Below, piece after piece: positions 46,184 to 55,700 of a stretch of DNA of 64,000 nucleotides (the first letter of the stretch is position 1; each line of letters begins with the position of its first letter). The stretch comes from Oscillospiraceae bacterium (GTDB lineage: Bacteria > Bacillota > Clostridia > Oscillospirales > Oscillospiraceae). Made by a program: the position numbers and the translations under genes. A model generated the notes under the pieces. The model was not told where the DNA came from, made no database searches, and saw only the letters and a program-made list of their open reading frames with translations. The stretch lies in contig JAFZVM010000075.1 of assembly GCA_017617795.1 (NCBI GenBank), forward strand, positions 3,727 through 67,726. The letters are read 5' to 3'.

Positions 46184-46869
46184 TTTTTCCCCTCTGCCCG
46201 CAGAGAATCCAGGGCATTCTTGGCAGCCGCCTGTTCTGCTTCCTTCTTGCTGCGTCCGCTGCCCTCTCCCGCTACGCGTCCGTCATAGAGGACCTGGGCG
46301 GAAAAGACCTTGTTGTGATCCGGTCCGCTTTCTCCCACCATCCGGTATACAGGCGCCGCCATGCCCAGATGCTGCACCGCCTCCTGCAGAACGGTCTTGT
46401 GGTCGTTGCTGCCGCTCCTGGACGCGGTCTTGAGCTTGGAAAGGATGAACCGTTCCACCATGGCTCTGGCGGGGCCTTCCCCGCCGTCGATATACACGGC
46501 GGCCAGGGTCGCCTCAAAGGCGTCGGCGATGATGGAAGGTCTCTGCCGTCCGCCTCCCTGCTCTTCACCCCGGCCCAGGCGCAGATACTGCCCCAGGCCG
46601 ATGGTCTCGGAAGCCTCCGCCAGACTGCTTTCGCACACCAGCTCCGCCCGAAGCCGGGTCATATCCCCCTCGGGCATCTGCGGGAAACGCAGGTACAGCG
46701 TCTCCGCCACCAGCCAGCCCAGGACGGAATCCCCCAGGAATTCCAGCCGCTCATTGCTGCCCAGCCGTCCGCTCCCCCGTTCATTGGACCAGGAACTGTG
46801 CGTCAGGGCATGCTCCAGGAGCTCCCGTCTGCTGAACGTATAGCCCAGGCGGGCTTCCAGCTCATTCAT
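46180..46869 (-). CDS. rnc: Ribonuclease III
   Basis: Signature ERLEFLGDSVL plus a C-terminal dsRBD (GPDHNKVF...GRSKKEAEQ.AA). Confidence 0.95.
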   Translation of the reverse strand: MNELEARLGYTFSRRELLEHALTHSSWSNERGSGRLGSNERLEFLGDSVLGWLVAETLYLRFPQMPEGDMTRLRAELVCESSLAEASETIGLGQYLRLGRGEEQGGGRQRPSIIADAFEATLAAVYIDGGEGPARAMVERFILSKLKTASRSGSNDHKTVLQEAVQHLGMAAPVYRMVGESGPDHNKVFSAQVLYDGRVAGEGSGRSKKEAEQAAAKNALDSLRAEGKK

Positions 46870-47899
46870 GGGCGCGCTCCGGCTCCACCGCAGGCAGATC
46901 CGCCAGCTTGTCCGCCAGATCCCTGCAGAGATCCGAGGAAACGAGCTTCACAGCCTGGGCGATGGCGTTCTTTACCGCCTTGGCGTCGCAGGAGCCGTGG
47001 GCCTTGATCACCGGTTTGGTGATCCCCAGGAACACCGTCCCGCCGACTTCCCGATAATCCATCATCTTTTTGAAACCCTTCAGATCCTTTTTCACCAGCA
47101 TAGCCGCCAGCTTTGTGCGCGGACCGCTGAGGAACATGGTCTTCAGCGCCCCTGTCAGATAGAGGGCGGTGCCTTCCATGGTTTTCAGCAGAACATTGCC
47201 GGAAAAGCCGTCCGTCACCAGCACGTCCGCTATGCCTTCCAAGACATCGCGGCCTTCCACGTTGCCGATGAAATTCAGTTTTCCCGTTTCTCCCGCCTGC
47301 TCCAGCAGACGGTATGTATCCTTCTGGAGGCTCGTTCCCTTCCCCGCTTCGGCGCCGATGTTGAGAAGCCCCACTCTGGGCTTTTCCAAGCCCAGATACA
47401 GCCGGGCCAGGGCTTCCCCCATGAAGGCAAACTGCATCAGATACTCCGGACTGCATTCCGCGTTGGCTCCGCAGTCGATCAGAACGCAGCTGCCCTGCTT
47501 CGTAGGCAGGATCGGCGCCAGCGCCGCCCGGCGGACGCCCCGGATGCGCTTTACCACAAGCGTCGCGCCGGAGAGCAGCGCGCCGGTGCTTCCTGCGGAC
47601 ACGGCCGCGTCCCCTTCCCCGTCTCTGAGCATACGCAGCATGACCGACATGGAGGAATCCTTCTTATCCCGCACCGCGCGGGCGGGATCATCCTCCATGG
47701 TCACCACCTGGGTGCTGTTGGCGATCTCCAGCCCTTTGGGCAGATCGGTACGGCCCATATCCTGCATGCAGTGCAGGATATCTTCCGTGCGTCCCACCAG
47801 GACGACTTCCACCCCGAGCTCCTCTACCGCCTGTACCGCGCCTTTGACGATCTCCTGCGGAGCGTAATCTCCGCCCATGGCGTCCACGATGATCTTCAT
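46862..47899 (-). CDS. plsX: Phosphate acyltransferase PlsX
   Basis: The conserved start is MKIIVDAMGGDYAP (ATG 47899). It is full-length collinear with PlsX. Its stop overlaps the rnc start by 8 nt. Confidence 0.95.
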   Translation of the reverse strand: MKIIVDAMGGDYAPQEIVKGAVQAVEELGVEVVLVGRTEDILHCMQDMGRTDLPKGLEIANSTQVVTMEDDPARAVRDKKDSSMSVMLRMLRDGEGDAAVSAGSTGALLSGATLVVKRIRGVRRAALAPILPTKQGSCVLIDCGANAECSPEYLMQFAFMGEALARLYLGLEKPRVGLLNIGAEAGKGTSLQKDTYRLLEQAGETGKLNFIGNVEGRDVLEGIADVLVTDGFSGNVLLKTMEGTALYLTGALKTMFLSGPRTKLAAMLVKKDLKGFKKMMDYREVGGTVFLGITKPVIKAHGSCDAKAVKNAIAQAVKLVSSDLCRDLADKLADLPAVEPERAHE

Positions 47900-47934
47900 C
47901 TTTCTGTCCTCTTTTCCAAAAACCGAAAGTCTGC

Positions 47935-49242
47935 TCACAGGGAGCTCAGAACCTGATCCAGCCGGGCCAGGGCACGCTGGGACAGGATCGCATTCCGGTT
48001 CCGTTTTCCCTTTACTTTTCCCTCCAGGGGAGCGATGATCCCGTAGTTCACATTCATGGGCTGGAAATCAGAAACGGTCCCGTCGCTCACATAAGCGGCC
48101 AGCGCGCCGATGGCCGTTTCCCGGGTGAAATCCGCCGGTTCCCGTCCCAGCAGTTCCCGCGCCGTCTGCAGCCCGCAGAGCAGGCCGGAGGCGGTGGATT
48201 CCACATAGCCCTCCACCCCGGTGATCTGACCGGCGAACCGGATCCTGGGGTCCTCCCGCAGGCGGTACCGCCCATCCAGCAGCCGGGGGGAATCCAGATA
48301 GGTGTTCCGATGCATCACGCCGAAGCGGACGAATTCCGCATCCCTCAGAGCCGGGATCATGGAGAACACCCGCTTTTGTTCTCCGAAGGTCAGGTGCGTC
48401 TGAAAGCCCACCAGATTATATAAGCTGCCCGCAAAATTATCCCGCCGGAGCTGCACCACAGCGTATGGCTCCCGCCCGGTTTTGGGATCGATGATCCCCC
48501 GGGGCTTCAACGGGCCGTAACGCAGAGTGTCGACGCCTCGCCGGGCCATCACCTCTACGGGCATACATCCCTCGAATACCAGTTTATCTTCAAATCCGTG
48601 GACGTGAGCCTCCTCCGCCTCTGCCAGAGCCTGGCGAAATGCGAGATAGGTCTCCTTATCCATCGGGCAGTTTACATAATCCGCTGAGCCTTTGTTGTAC
48701 CTGGAAGCAAAAAAGGCCTCCTCCATGTCCACGCTCTCCAGGGTGACGATGGGCGCTGCGGCGTCGTAGAAATGGAGATAGGTCCCCTCGCCCAGTCGGC
48801 GGGCGACGGCTTCGCTGAGGGCGTCGGAAGTCAGGGGGCCGGTGGCAAGGATGACGATCCCCTCCGGGATCTCCGTGACCTCCCCTGCCTCCACGCTGAT
48901 CAGAGGATGGCTGCGGATCGCCCGGGTGATGGTGCGGGCAAAGCCCTCCCGGTCGACGGCCAGGGCGCTCCCCGCCTCCACCCGGTTCTCGTCCGCGCTG
49001 CGGAGGATCAGGGAACCCAGCCTCCGGAGCTCTTCCTTCAGCAGGCCCACGGCATTGGTGGGATCGGCGCTGCGCAGGGAGTTGGAGCAGACCAGCTCGG
49101 CGAAATCATCCGAGACGTGGGCGGGGGTTTTTTTCTCCGGCTTCATTTCCCGCAGGCATACGGGGATCCCCCGCTCCGCCAGCTGCCAGGCCGCCTCGCT
49201 GCCCGCCAGGCCTGCGCCTACCACCGTTACCCGTTCAGGCAT
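47935..49242 (-). CDS. trmFO: Methylenetetrahydrofolate--tRNA-(uracil-5-)-methyltransferase TrmFO
   Basis: FAD motif VVGAGLAGSEAAWQLA, plus CNSLRS and GQITGVEGYVES. Confidence 0.95.
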   Translation of the reverse strand: MPERVTVVGAGLAGSEAAWQLAERGIPVCLREMKPEKKTPAHVSDDFAELVCSNSLRSADPTNAVGLLKEELRRLGSLILRSADENRVEAGSALAVDREGFARTITRAIRSHPLISVEAGEVTEIPEGIVILATGPLTSDALSEAVARRLGEGTYLHFYDAAAPIVTLESVDMEEAFFASRYNKGSADYVNCPMDKETYLAFRQALAEAEEAHVHGFEDKLVFEGCMPVEVMARRGVDTLRYGPLKPRGIIDPKTGREPYAVVQLRRDNFAGSLYNLVGFQTHLTFGEQKRVFSMIPALRDAEFVRFGVMHRNTYLDSPRLLDGRYRLREDPRIRFAGQITGVEGYVESTASGLLCGLQTARELLGREPADFTRETAIGALAAYVSDGTVSDFQPMNVNYGIIAPLEGKVKGKRNRNAILSQRALARLDQVLSSL

Positions 49243-51565
49243 CTTCGGACCCCTTTGCCGCCGGTTTCCGGCTGCGTCCGGCCGACGCCGACTTTTTCGC
49301 AGCGGTGGTCTTGGATGTTGTTTTCCTGGCGGCGGTTTTCTTTCCCGCCGTCTTTTTGGCGGCGGTCTTCGCGCCTGCGGCGCTCTTTTTTTCGGCGGTT
49401 TTCCCGTTCCCGGTTTTCGCCGCCGTCTCTCCTTCGCCGGCTGCCGCGCCGGTATCTTCCGTTTTTTTGCGGTACCCCCGCTGGTCCTCCGGCACGAAGG
49501 CGCTGCACTCAGGGTTGATGCAGAAGGGCTTGCGATAACCCCGGCCGGACCGCTTGAACAGCGTCTTTCCGCAGCTGGGGCAGTCGTCCTTCAGCGGAAC
49601 GTCCCAGGTCATAAAGCCGCATTCCGTTCCCCGCTCGCAGGCATAGTAGGTATATCCCCGCTTGGAGCTGCGCTTGAGGATCCTGGCGCCGCACTGGGGG
49701 CAGCGCCCGGGCATTTCGATCACGATGGGCTTGGTGAATTTGCATTCCGGATAGCCCGGGCAGCCCAGGAAACGGCCGAAACGGCTGGTCTTCACCACCA
49801 GGTTCCGTCCGCAGTTGGGGCAGATCTCAGAGGTCACTTCGTCCGGCACTTTGATCCGGACGCCCTTGAGGTTGACCTCCGCCTCCTCCAGAGAATGGGC
49901 AAAGTCCCCGTAGAACTCCCGCAGGACCTGCTTCCAGGCTTTATTCCCCTTCTCCACCTCGTCCAGGGTGGCTTCCATATGGGCTGTGAATTCCAGATCC
50001 ACGATGTCCCCGAAGCGTTCCTCCATGAATCCGGTGACGGTCTCTCCCAGGGAGGTGGGCTTCAGGAACTTTCCTTCCTTGAGCACGTATTCCCGGTCCA
50101 GGATCGTGCTGACGGTAGGCGCATAGGTGCTGGGACGGCCGATCCCCTTTTCCTCCATGGCCCGGATCAGCGTATCTTCCGTATATCGTGCGGGAGGCTG
50201 GGTGAACTTCTGTTCTTCCTTCAGCTGAAGGAGCTCCAGGGGATCGCCCTGGTTGAGATGGGGCAGCGGGGTGCTCTTCTCCTCCCCTTCCTCCGCCTGG
50301 CTGTCGTACACCTTGGTGAAGCCGGGGAATTTCAGGGAGGAGGTGCTGGCCTTGAACACATAACCAGCGGAGACGGCGTCCACGGAAACCGCGTCATACA
50401 CGGCGTTGGCCATCTGGCTGGCCATGAAGCGCCGCCAGATCAGCCGGTACAGACGGTACTGGTCCTCTGTCAGGTCCTTCCGGATCCGCTCCGGCGTCAG
50501 TTCCACGTCCGAGGGGCGGATGGCCTCATGGGCATCCTGCGCTTCCTTGCTGGTCTTGAAATACCGGGTCTTGGGGGGATAATACTCGCTGCCGTAGTTG
50601 CGGATGATGTGATCCTTTGCGGCGGCAATGGCTTCGGCGGAGATGCGGAGAGAGTCGGTACGCATATAGGTGATGAGGCCGATGCTGCCCTCTCCCGTTA
50701 CGTTGACGCCTTCATACAGCTGCTGGGCGATGGACATGGTCCGCCTCGGGGTCATGTTCAGGCGGCGGGAAGCCTCCTGCTGCAGCGTGGAAGTGATGAA
50801 GGGCGCCGCCGGAGACCGGCTCTTATCCTGCCGCTTCACGCTGCCCACGGTAAAGGGCGAACCCTTCACGGCGTTTATGACCTTATCCACAGACGCCCGG
50901 TCGGGCAGTTCCAGCTTTTTCTTTTCCGTGCCGTAAAACCGCGCGGTGAACTCGGCCCTCTGACCCTCGGGGCGAAGCTCCGCATCCAGGAGCCAGTATT
51001 CCTTCGGCTCGAACGCCCGGATCTCCTGCTCCCGATCCACCACCATACGGGTGACGGCGGACTGGACCCGGCCGGCGGAAAGACCCCGGCGGATCTTGGA
51101 CCAGAGCAGAGGGCTGAGCTTATAGCCCACGATGCGGTCCAGGATGCGTCTGGCCTGCTGGGCGTCCACCAGATCCATATCGATCTTCCGGGGTTTCTGA
51201 ATGCTCTCCAGCACGACCTTCTTGGTGATCTCGTTGAAGGTGACCCGGGCGGTCTTCTCTTCCGGCAGCTCCAGCAGTTCCTTCAGATGCCAGGAGATCG
51301 CCTCTCCTTCCCGGTCCGGGTCGGTGGCCAGGAAGACCCGGTCTGCGCTGCGGGCTTCCTTCTGCAGTCTGCCGATGATCTCGCTCTTTGAAGCGATGGG
51401 TTCATAATCTGGGGTGAAATCCGCCGCGATATCCACACCGATGGTGCTCTTGGGCAGATCCCTCAGATGACCGGTGGATGCGGTGACACGATACCCGGCC
51501 CCGAGATATTTCTCAATGGTCCTCGCTTTCGCGGGCGACTCCACGATCACAAGTGCGTTTTCCAT
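49235..51565 (-). CDS. topA: DNA topoisomerase I with three Cys4 zinc ribbons and a Lys/Ala-rich C-terminal tail
   Basis: Toprim block is VIVESPAKA. The catalytic Tyr context is ITYMRTDS. There are three CxxC...CxxC ribbons. The final ~75 aa are AAKKTA-like basic repeats. Confidence 0.95.
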   Translation of the reverse strand: MENALVIVESPAKARTIEKYLGAGYRVTASTGHLRDLPKSTIGVDIAADFTPDYEPIASKSEIIGRLQKEARSADRVFLATDPDREGEAISWHLKELLELPEEKTARVTFNEITKKVVLESIQKPRKIDMDLVDAQQARRILDRIVGYKLSPLLWSKIRRGLSAGRVQSAVTRMVVDREQEIRAFEPKEYWLLDAELRPEGQRAEFTARFYGTEKKKLELPDRASVDKVINAVKGSPFTVGSVKRQDKSRSPAAPFITSTLQQEASRRLNMTPRRTMSIAQQLYEGVNVTGEGSIGLITYMRTDSLRISAEAIAAAKDHIIRNYGSEYYPPKTRYFKTSKEAQDAHEAIRPSDVELTPERIRKDLTEDQYRLYRLIWRRFMASQMANAVYDAVSVDAVSAGYVFKASTSSLKFPGFTKVYDSQAEEGEEKSTPLPHLNQGDPLELLQLKEEQKFTQPPARYTEDTLIRAMEEKGIGRPSTYAPTVSTILDREYVLKEGKFLKPTSLGETVTGFMEERFGDIVDLEFTAHMEATLDEVEKGNKAWKQVLREFYGDFAHSLEEAEVNLKGVRIKVPDEVTSEICPNCGRNLVVKTSRFGRFLGCPGYPECKFTKPIVIEMPGRCPQCGARILKRSSKRGYTYYACERGTECGFMTWDVPLKDDCPSCGKTLFKRSGRGYRKPFCINPECSAFVPEDQRGYRKKTEDTGAAAGEGETAAKTGNGKTAEKKSAAGAKTAAKKTAGKKTAARKTTSKTTAAKKSASAGRSRKPAAKGSEDA

Positions 51566-51630
51566 GCGTACCTATCCGCTTTGTCAGTCAAAGCGCTCCT
51601 TATTCCTCAATTGATCCTTCCGCCGGCCGA

Positions 51631-52803
51631 TCAGGTGACCAGCAGCCGGTAACGGCGGTCCTCTTCCTCAACGTAGCCCTTGAGCTGCAGCATGACCAGG
51701 GAGGTGATCACCTCGCCGGGATCTCTTCCGGTGGCCGCGATGAGATCATCGCTGTGTTTCTCCCCTCCGGCCAGAAGGCCGACCAGCTCCAGTTCCGTTT
51801 CCGAAAGCTCCGCCAGCTGTTCTTTCAGTGCATGATAGCCTACATCCCCAGGCTTGTCAAGATTCGGCTTCTGCTCTTCTCCCCGGTCCTTCCGTTCCCG
51901 TCCGCCGCTGCTGAAGCCGATCAGCCTGGGATAACGGAAACGATATTCCTCCAGGATATCCTCCCCGCTGCACACCAGCTGCGCCCCGTCCCGGATCAGG
52001 GCATGGGAGCCGATAAAGCCCGGATCGTTGGCCATACCGGGCACGACGAACACATCCCGTCCATGCTCCTGCGCCCTGGCTGCGGTGATGAGGGAGCCGC
52101 TTTTCTGCGGCGCCTGCACCACGGTGATCCCCAGACTCAGCCCGCTGATGATCCGGTTGCGCTGGGGAAAGCTGGCCCGGGTCGCGCCTGTCCCCGGAGG
52201 ATACTCGCTCACCAGCGCTCCGTTCTGCGCCACCGTCTCCTGGAGCTTATCGTTCCAGGCGGGATAGACCTTGTCGGTGGAGGTGCCCAATACGGCGATC
52301 ACGTTCCCGCGGCCTTTCAGCGCTCCCTTGGCGGCGGAGCTGTCGATCCCCTCGGCCAGCCCGGTCACCACCACGGCTCCCGCCTTCGCCAGATCTCTTC
52401 CGATGCTCTCCGCCATCTCCCGTCCATAGGCGGAAGCTTTCCGGGTGCCCACCACGCCGATGGTGAGCCGATCGTCCACGGGAGGCAGAATCCCTTTGAC
52501 GTACAGCACCGTGGGCGGGTCGGGGATGTTCCTCAGCCGTTCGGGATAATCCGCATCCTGGAGGCAAAGGATCCGCACACCCTGCTTTTCGCAGGCCGCC
52601 CGGACGCGTTCCGCCCGGCTGAGATCCCGGTTCAGCAGCGCCTTGATCTCCTGCGCCGCCGCGCCTTCCACTTCCCGCAGCTCGTTCTCCGGAGCATAGT
52701 ATACCCCTTTGGCACTGCCGAATCTGCGCAGATATTTCTGCGCCGCCGCAGTGCTCACGCCCCTGCAGAGGGAAAGCCAGAGCCAGCAGTTCAGATCCGA
52801 CAT
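51631..52803 (-). CDS. dprA: DNA processing protein DprA (Smf)
   Basis: Rossmann-like core VVTGLAEGIDSSAAKGAL, plus PPGT...FPQRNRIISGLS and a C-terminal winged helix. Confidence 0.9.
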   Translation of the reverse strand: MSDLNCWLWLSLCRGVSTAAAQKYLRRFGSAKGVYYAPENELREVEGAAAQEIKALLNRDLSRAERVRAACEKQGVRILCLQDADYPERLRNIPDPPTVLYVKGILPPVDDRLTIGVVGTRKASAYGREMAESIGRDLAKAGAVVVTGLAEGIDSSAAKGALKGRGNVIAVLGTSTDKVYPAWNDKLQETVAQNGALVSEYPPGTGATRASFPQRNRIISGLSLGITVVQAPQKSGSLITAARAQEHGRDVFVVPGMANDPGFIGSHALIRDGAQLVCSGEDILEEYRFRYPRLIGFSSGGRERKDRGEEQKPNLDKPGDVGYHALKEQLAELSETELELVGLLAGGEKHSDDLIAATGRDPGEVITSLVMLQLKGYVEEEDRRYRLLVT

Positions 52804-52804
52804 A

Positions 52805-53575
52805 TCATTCTTCCCTTCTCCGATAGACCTCCCAAAGCAGGACCGCTGCGGCGGCTCCCGCGTTCAGGGATTCCGCGCCCGGCTCCATGGGGATGCGCAC
52901 CACCCGGTCCGCCGCCTCCAGCATCTCCGCCGAGAGGCCGTGCCCCTCGTTGCCGATGGCCAGAGCCATCCGCGGGGGAAACATACATTCCCCCAAGGTC
53001 TCCGCATCCGCCCGCAGGGCGGCGGCGACGAGAGGGATGCTCTTTTCCTTCAGCGCCAGGATCGCTTCCCGGGAAGACAGCGTCCATACCCTGCGGCGGA
53101 ACACCGCCCCCATGGAGGCGCGCACAGCCTTGGGGCCAAAGGGGTCCGCGCAGGCTCCCGCCAGGATCACGCCGTCAAATCCGAAGGCGTTGGCGGTACG
53201 GATCAGCGTGCCCACGTTGCCCGGATCCTGCAGATCCTCCGCCAGAAGGAGCCGATCCCCTTCCACCGGTCCCGCTTCCGGGATCCGGCACACGAACAGG
53301 AGCTCCGGGGCGGATTTCATGGGAGAAACGTAGTCCAGGAGCCCCGGGGTCACGAAATACCGGCTGACAGCGGGATCCAGCCCCTCCACCGGCTCGGCGG
53401 ACATCACGCTGGTCAGGGCAAGACCTGCGGCCAGCGCCTCCTCCAGCAGCTTTCTCCCCTGTCCCAGGCAGGAACGGGTCTCCCGGCGATAGTCCCGGTC
53501 CGCCGCCAGGCGCCTGTATTCTCCGATCACCGGATTTTTCCGGCTGGTGATGGTCGTCATTCTCTGCCACTCCAA
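52805..53575 (-). CDS. SpoU/TrmH-family RNA 2'-O-methyltransferase
   Basis: SPOUT motifs DPGNVGTLIRTA, ALAIGNEGHGLS and ESLNAGAAAAV. Confidence 0.8.
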   Translation of the reverse strand: MEWQRMTTITSRKNPVIGEYRRLAADRDYRRETRSCLGQGRKLLEEALAAGLALTSVMSAEPVEGLDPAVSRYFVTPGLLDYVSPMKSAPELLFVCRIPEAGPVEGDRLLLAEDLQDPGNVGTLIRTANAFGFDGVILAGACADPFGPKAVRASMGAVFRRRVWTLSSREAILALKEKSIPLVAAALRADAETLGECMFPPRMALAIGNEGHGLSAEMLEAADRVVRIPMEPGAESLNAGAAAAVLLWEVYRRREE

Positions 53576-53595
53576 ACCTGCCGCATGAGCGGCCT

Positions 53596-54207
53596 TTATT
53601 CTCCGGTGTTCAGGATCACCTGCAAAGCGTTGACCGCCGCCTGGGTCATGGCTTTGCTGCCCTTACCGCTCACGGTCCAGTCGGAAAGGGAGGCATAGTA
53701 CGCATAACCCCCCAGGTCCTTCATCAGGGGCTTGTCCCCCACGTAGATCCGCAGACCGTTGGGATCGTCGGTGCTGATCCCGTAATTCGCCAGGGGCTGG
53801 AAGGTATCCTCCTTCCCGCAATACAGGGTGCTTCGATCCTCGTCCAGCAGGAACAGGGTATACTCCGGCAGGGCCAGGTACAGCAGGAGCCTCTGCTGGT
53901 TCCCATCCAGGTTCTCCGGGTCGGAAAGGTCGATGGTCTGGATATTGATCAGGACCTTTCCGTCTCCGTTCACGTCCTCGATCTTCTTCATCAGCGCGGA
54001 GTGCAGCGCCGTTGCATCCGTATCTGCCACGGGACCGTTGGCCGCCACCACGATATTCAGGTCATATGTTTCCTTATGCAGCGCGTCCACAGTCAGCCAT
54101 ACGGCGATGATCACCAGAACGACCGCAATGAGGGCGATCTTCCCGTAATGATACCAGAAAACGTTGGTGAACCAATACAGGAAGCCTTTGTTCGGCTTTT
54201 CCTCCAT
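53596..54207 (-). CDS. Hypothetical single-pass membrane protein
   Basis: 203-aa ORF. One TM helix (IALIAVVLVIIAVWLTV) is followed by a ~150-aa extracytoplasmic domain with no recognisable motif. Confidence 0.55.
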   Translation of the reverse strand: MEEKPNKGFLYWFTNVFWYHYGKIALIAVVLVIIAVWLTVDALHKETYDLNIVVAANGPVADTDATALHSALMKKIEDVNGDGKVLINIQTIDLSDPENLDGNQQRLLLYLALPEYTLFLLDEDRSTLYCGKEDTFQPLANYGISTDDPNGLRIYVGDKPLMKDLGGYAYYASLSDWTVSGKGSKAMTQAAVNALQVILNTGE

Positions 54208-54296
54208 GTCCTCGGCCTCCTTTCCTGAGACATATTTCCATAAATATCAGTTTAACACAGGGGTATATGGTTTTCAAGGCGGGTTTTCCCGAACCC

Positions 54297-54325
54297 TTGC
54301 AGGCCCTCCGGCAATATGGTATAGT
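54297..54325 (+). promoter_or_regulatory. SigA-type promoter for the radical SAM gene
   Basis: TTGCAG (54297..54302), a 17-nt spacer and TATAGT (54320..54325). Confidence 0.5.
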
Positions 54326-54364
54326 CGACATGGTAAGCATAGGCGAATCGGAGGGAAACAAACG

Positions 54365-55684
54365 ATGATCGTTAAAACCACGAAGAGCGTATGTCCCCAT
54401 TGCCTCCGGGTGCTGGACGCGGTGCTGGAGGAGCAAAACGGCGGGATCTACATGAAAAAGACCTGTCCGGACCACGGCAGCTTTCAGGTTTTGGTCTGGG
54501 AGGGGGATGCGGAAAGCTGGCGGAAATGGGACGCGGCCAACCCCCGGACCGACCGGCTGGAAAACGTGAAAGCGGAGGACAAGGGCTGTCCTCTGGACTG
54601 CGGCCTCTGCGAGGCCCATGAGCGCAGCGGCTGCTGCGTCCTGCTGGAGCTCACCGGGCGATGTGATCTCCGCTGCCCTGTGTGCTTCGCTTCCGCCGGC
54701 GAAGGGAATGACGATCCCAGCCTGGAGGAGATCGGGAAACAGATGGACTGGCTCATGGCCCACGGCGGACCCTACAATCTGCAGCTCAGCGGCGGGGAGC
54801 CCACCATGCGGGACGATCTGCCGGAGATCATCCGGATGGGCCTTTCCAAGGGCTTCACCTTCTTCCAGCTCAACACCAACGGTCTGCGGCTGGCGGCCCG
54901 GAAGGGATATGCCCGGGAGCTGAAGGAAGCGGGACTCAGCACCGTGTTTCTCCAGTTCGACGGGCTGAAGGACAGGATCTACGAGACCCTGCGGGGGAAA
55001 CCCCTGCTGCTGCAGAAGCTGGCCGCCATCCGGCGCTGCGCCGAGGCGGGCCTGGGCGTCGTGCTGGTTCCCACGCTGGCTCCCGGAGTAAACGACGGGG
55101 AGATGGGCAGTATCCTGCGCTTTGCAGAGGAACACATGCCCGCCGTGCGGGGAGTCCACTTCCAGCCCATCAGCTATTTCGGCCGATGCTCCCTCTCTCC
55201 CGAAGGCAGGCGCATCACCATCCCCTGGCTCCTGGCAGAGCTGGAAAGGCAGACCGGCGGCAGGATGAAGGCGAAGGACTTTGCCGGCGGCGGCGCGGAG
55301 AACGCATACTGCTCCTTCCATGCCAGCTACATGAAGCTTCCCACCGGCGCCCTGAAAGCGCTGAAAAAGCGGGGAGATTCCTGCTGCTGCGGCACCACCT
55401 CCGCCCAGTCGCGCACCAGCGTGGCGCGGCAGTGGAGCGGAGCGAAGCTCCGGGTAAAGAGCGAGAGCGGCGCGGCTTCCGAGCCCCAGGGCTTCGACGA
55501 TTTCCTGGCGGAGGCCCACAACAACACCCTGGCCATTTCCGGCATGCTGTTTCAGGACGCCTGGAATCTGGATCTGGACCGGCTCCGCCGCTGCTATATC
55601 TGCGAATCAGACCCGCGCTACGGCATGGTCCCCTTCTGCGCCTACAACCTCACCAGCGCGGGCGGAAAAACGTTATACCGATAA
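54365..55684 (+). CDS. Radical SAM protein of the MJ0619/Tes-like family (N-terminal zinc ribbon, CX3CX2C core, conserved C-terminal domain)
   Basis: GGAGGG RBS, then ATG 54365. Ribbon is CPHCLRVL...CPDHG. The rSAM cluster is TGRCDLRCPVCFA. The C-terminal block is MLFQDAWNLDLDRLRRCYI...MVPFCAYNL. Confidence 0.8.
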   Translation: MIVKTTKSVCPHCLRVLDAVLEEQNGGIYMKKTCPDHGSFQVLVWEGDAESWRKWDAANPRTDRLENVKAEDKGCPLDCGLCEAHERSGCCVLLELTGRCDLRCPVCFASAGEGNDDPSLEEIGKQMDWLMAHGGPYNLQLSGGEPTMRDDLPEIIRMGLSKGFTFFQLNTNGLRLAARKGYARELKEAGLSTVFLQFDGLKDRIYETLRGKPLLLQKLAAIRRCAEAGLGVVLVPTLAPGVNDGEMGSILRFAEEHMPAVRGVHFQPISYFGRCSLSPEGRRITIPWLLAELERQTGGRMKAKDFAGGGAENAYCSFHASYMKLPTGALKALKKRGDSCCCGTTSAQSRTSVARQWSGAKLRVKSESGAASEPQGFDDFLAEAHNNTLAISGMLFQDAWNLDLDRLRRCYICESDPRYGMVPFCAYNLTSAGGKTLYR

Positions 55685-55700
55685 AACCCTTTACAGGATC

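Noticed and set aside
48842-51391. 849-aa plus-strand ORF antisense to topA. Similar cases are 59684..62050 (788 aa, antisense to pcrA), 8794..10824 (676 aa, antisense to the reductase), 20518..23139 (873 aa), 57560..59671 (703 aa) and 22622..24073 (483 aa).
   Set aside because: All lie opposite well-supported genes. They lack start contexts and show the same low-complexity R/P/G/L bias. They are treated as high-GC shadow ORFs. Only Ribo-seq could overturn this.
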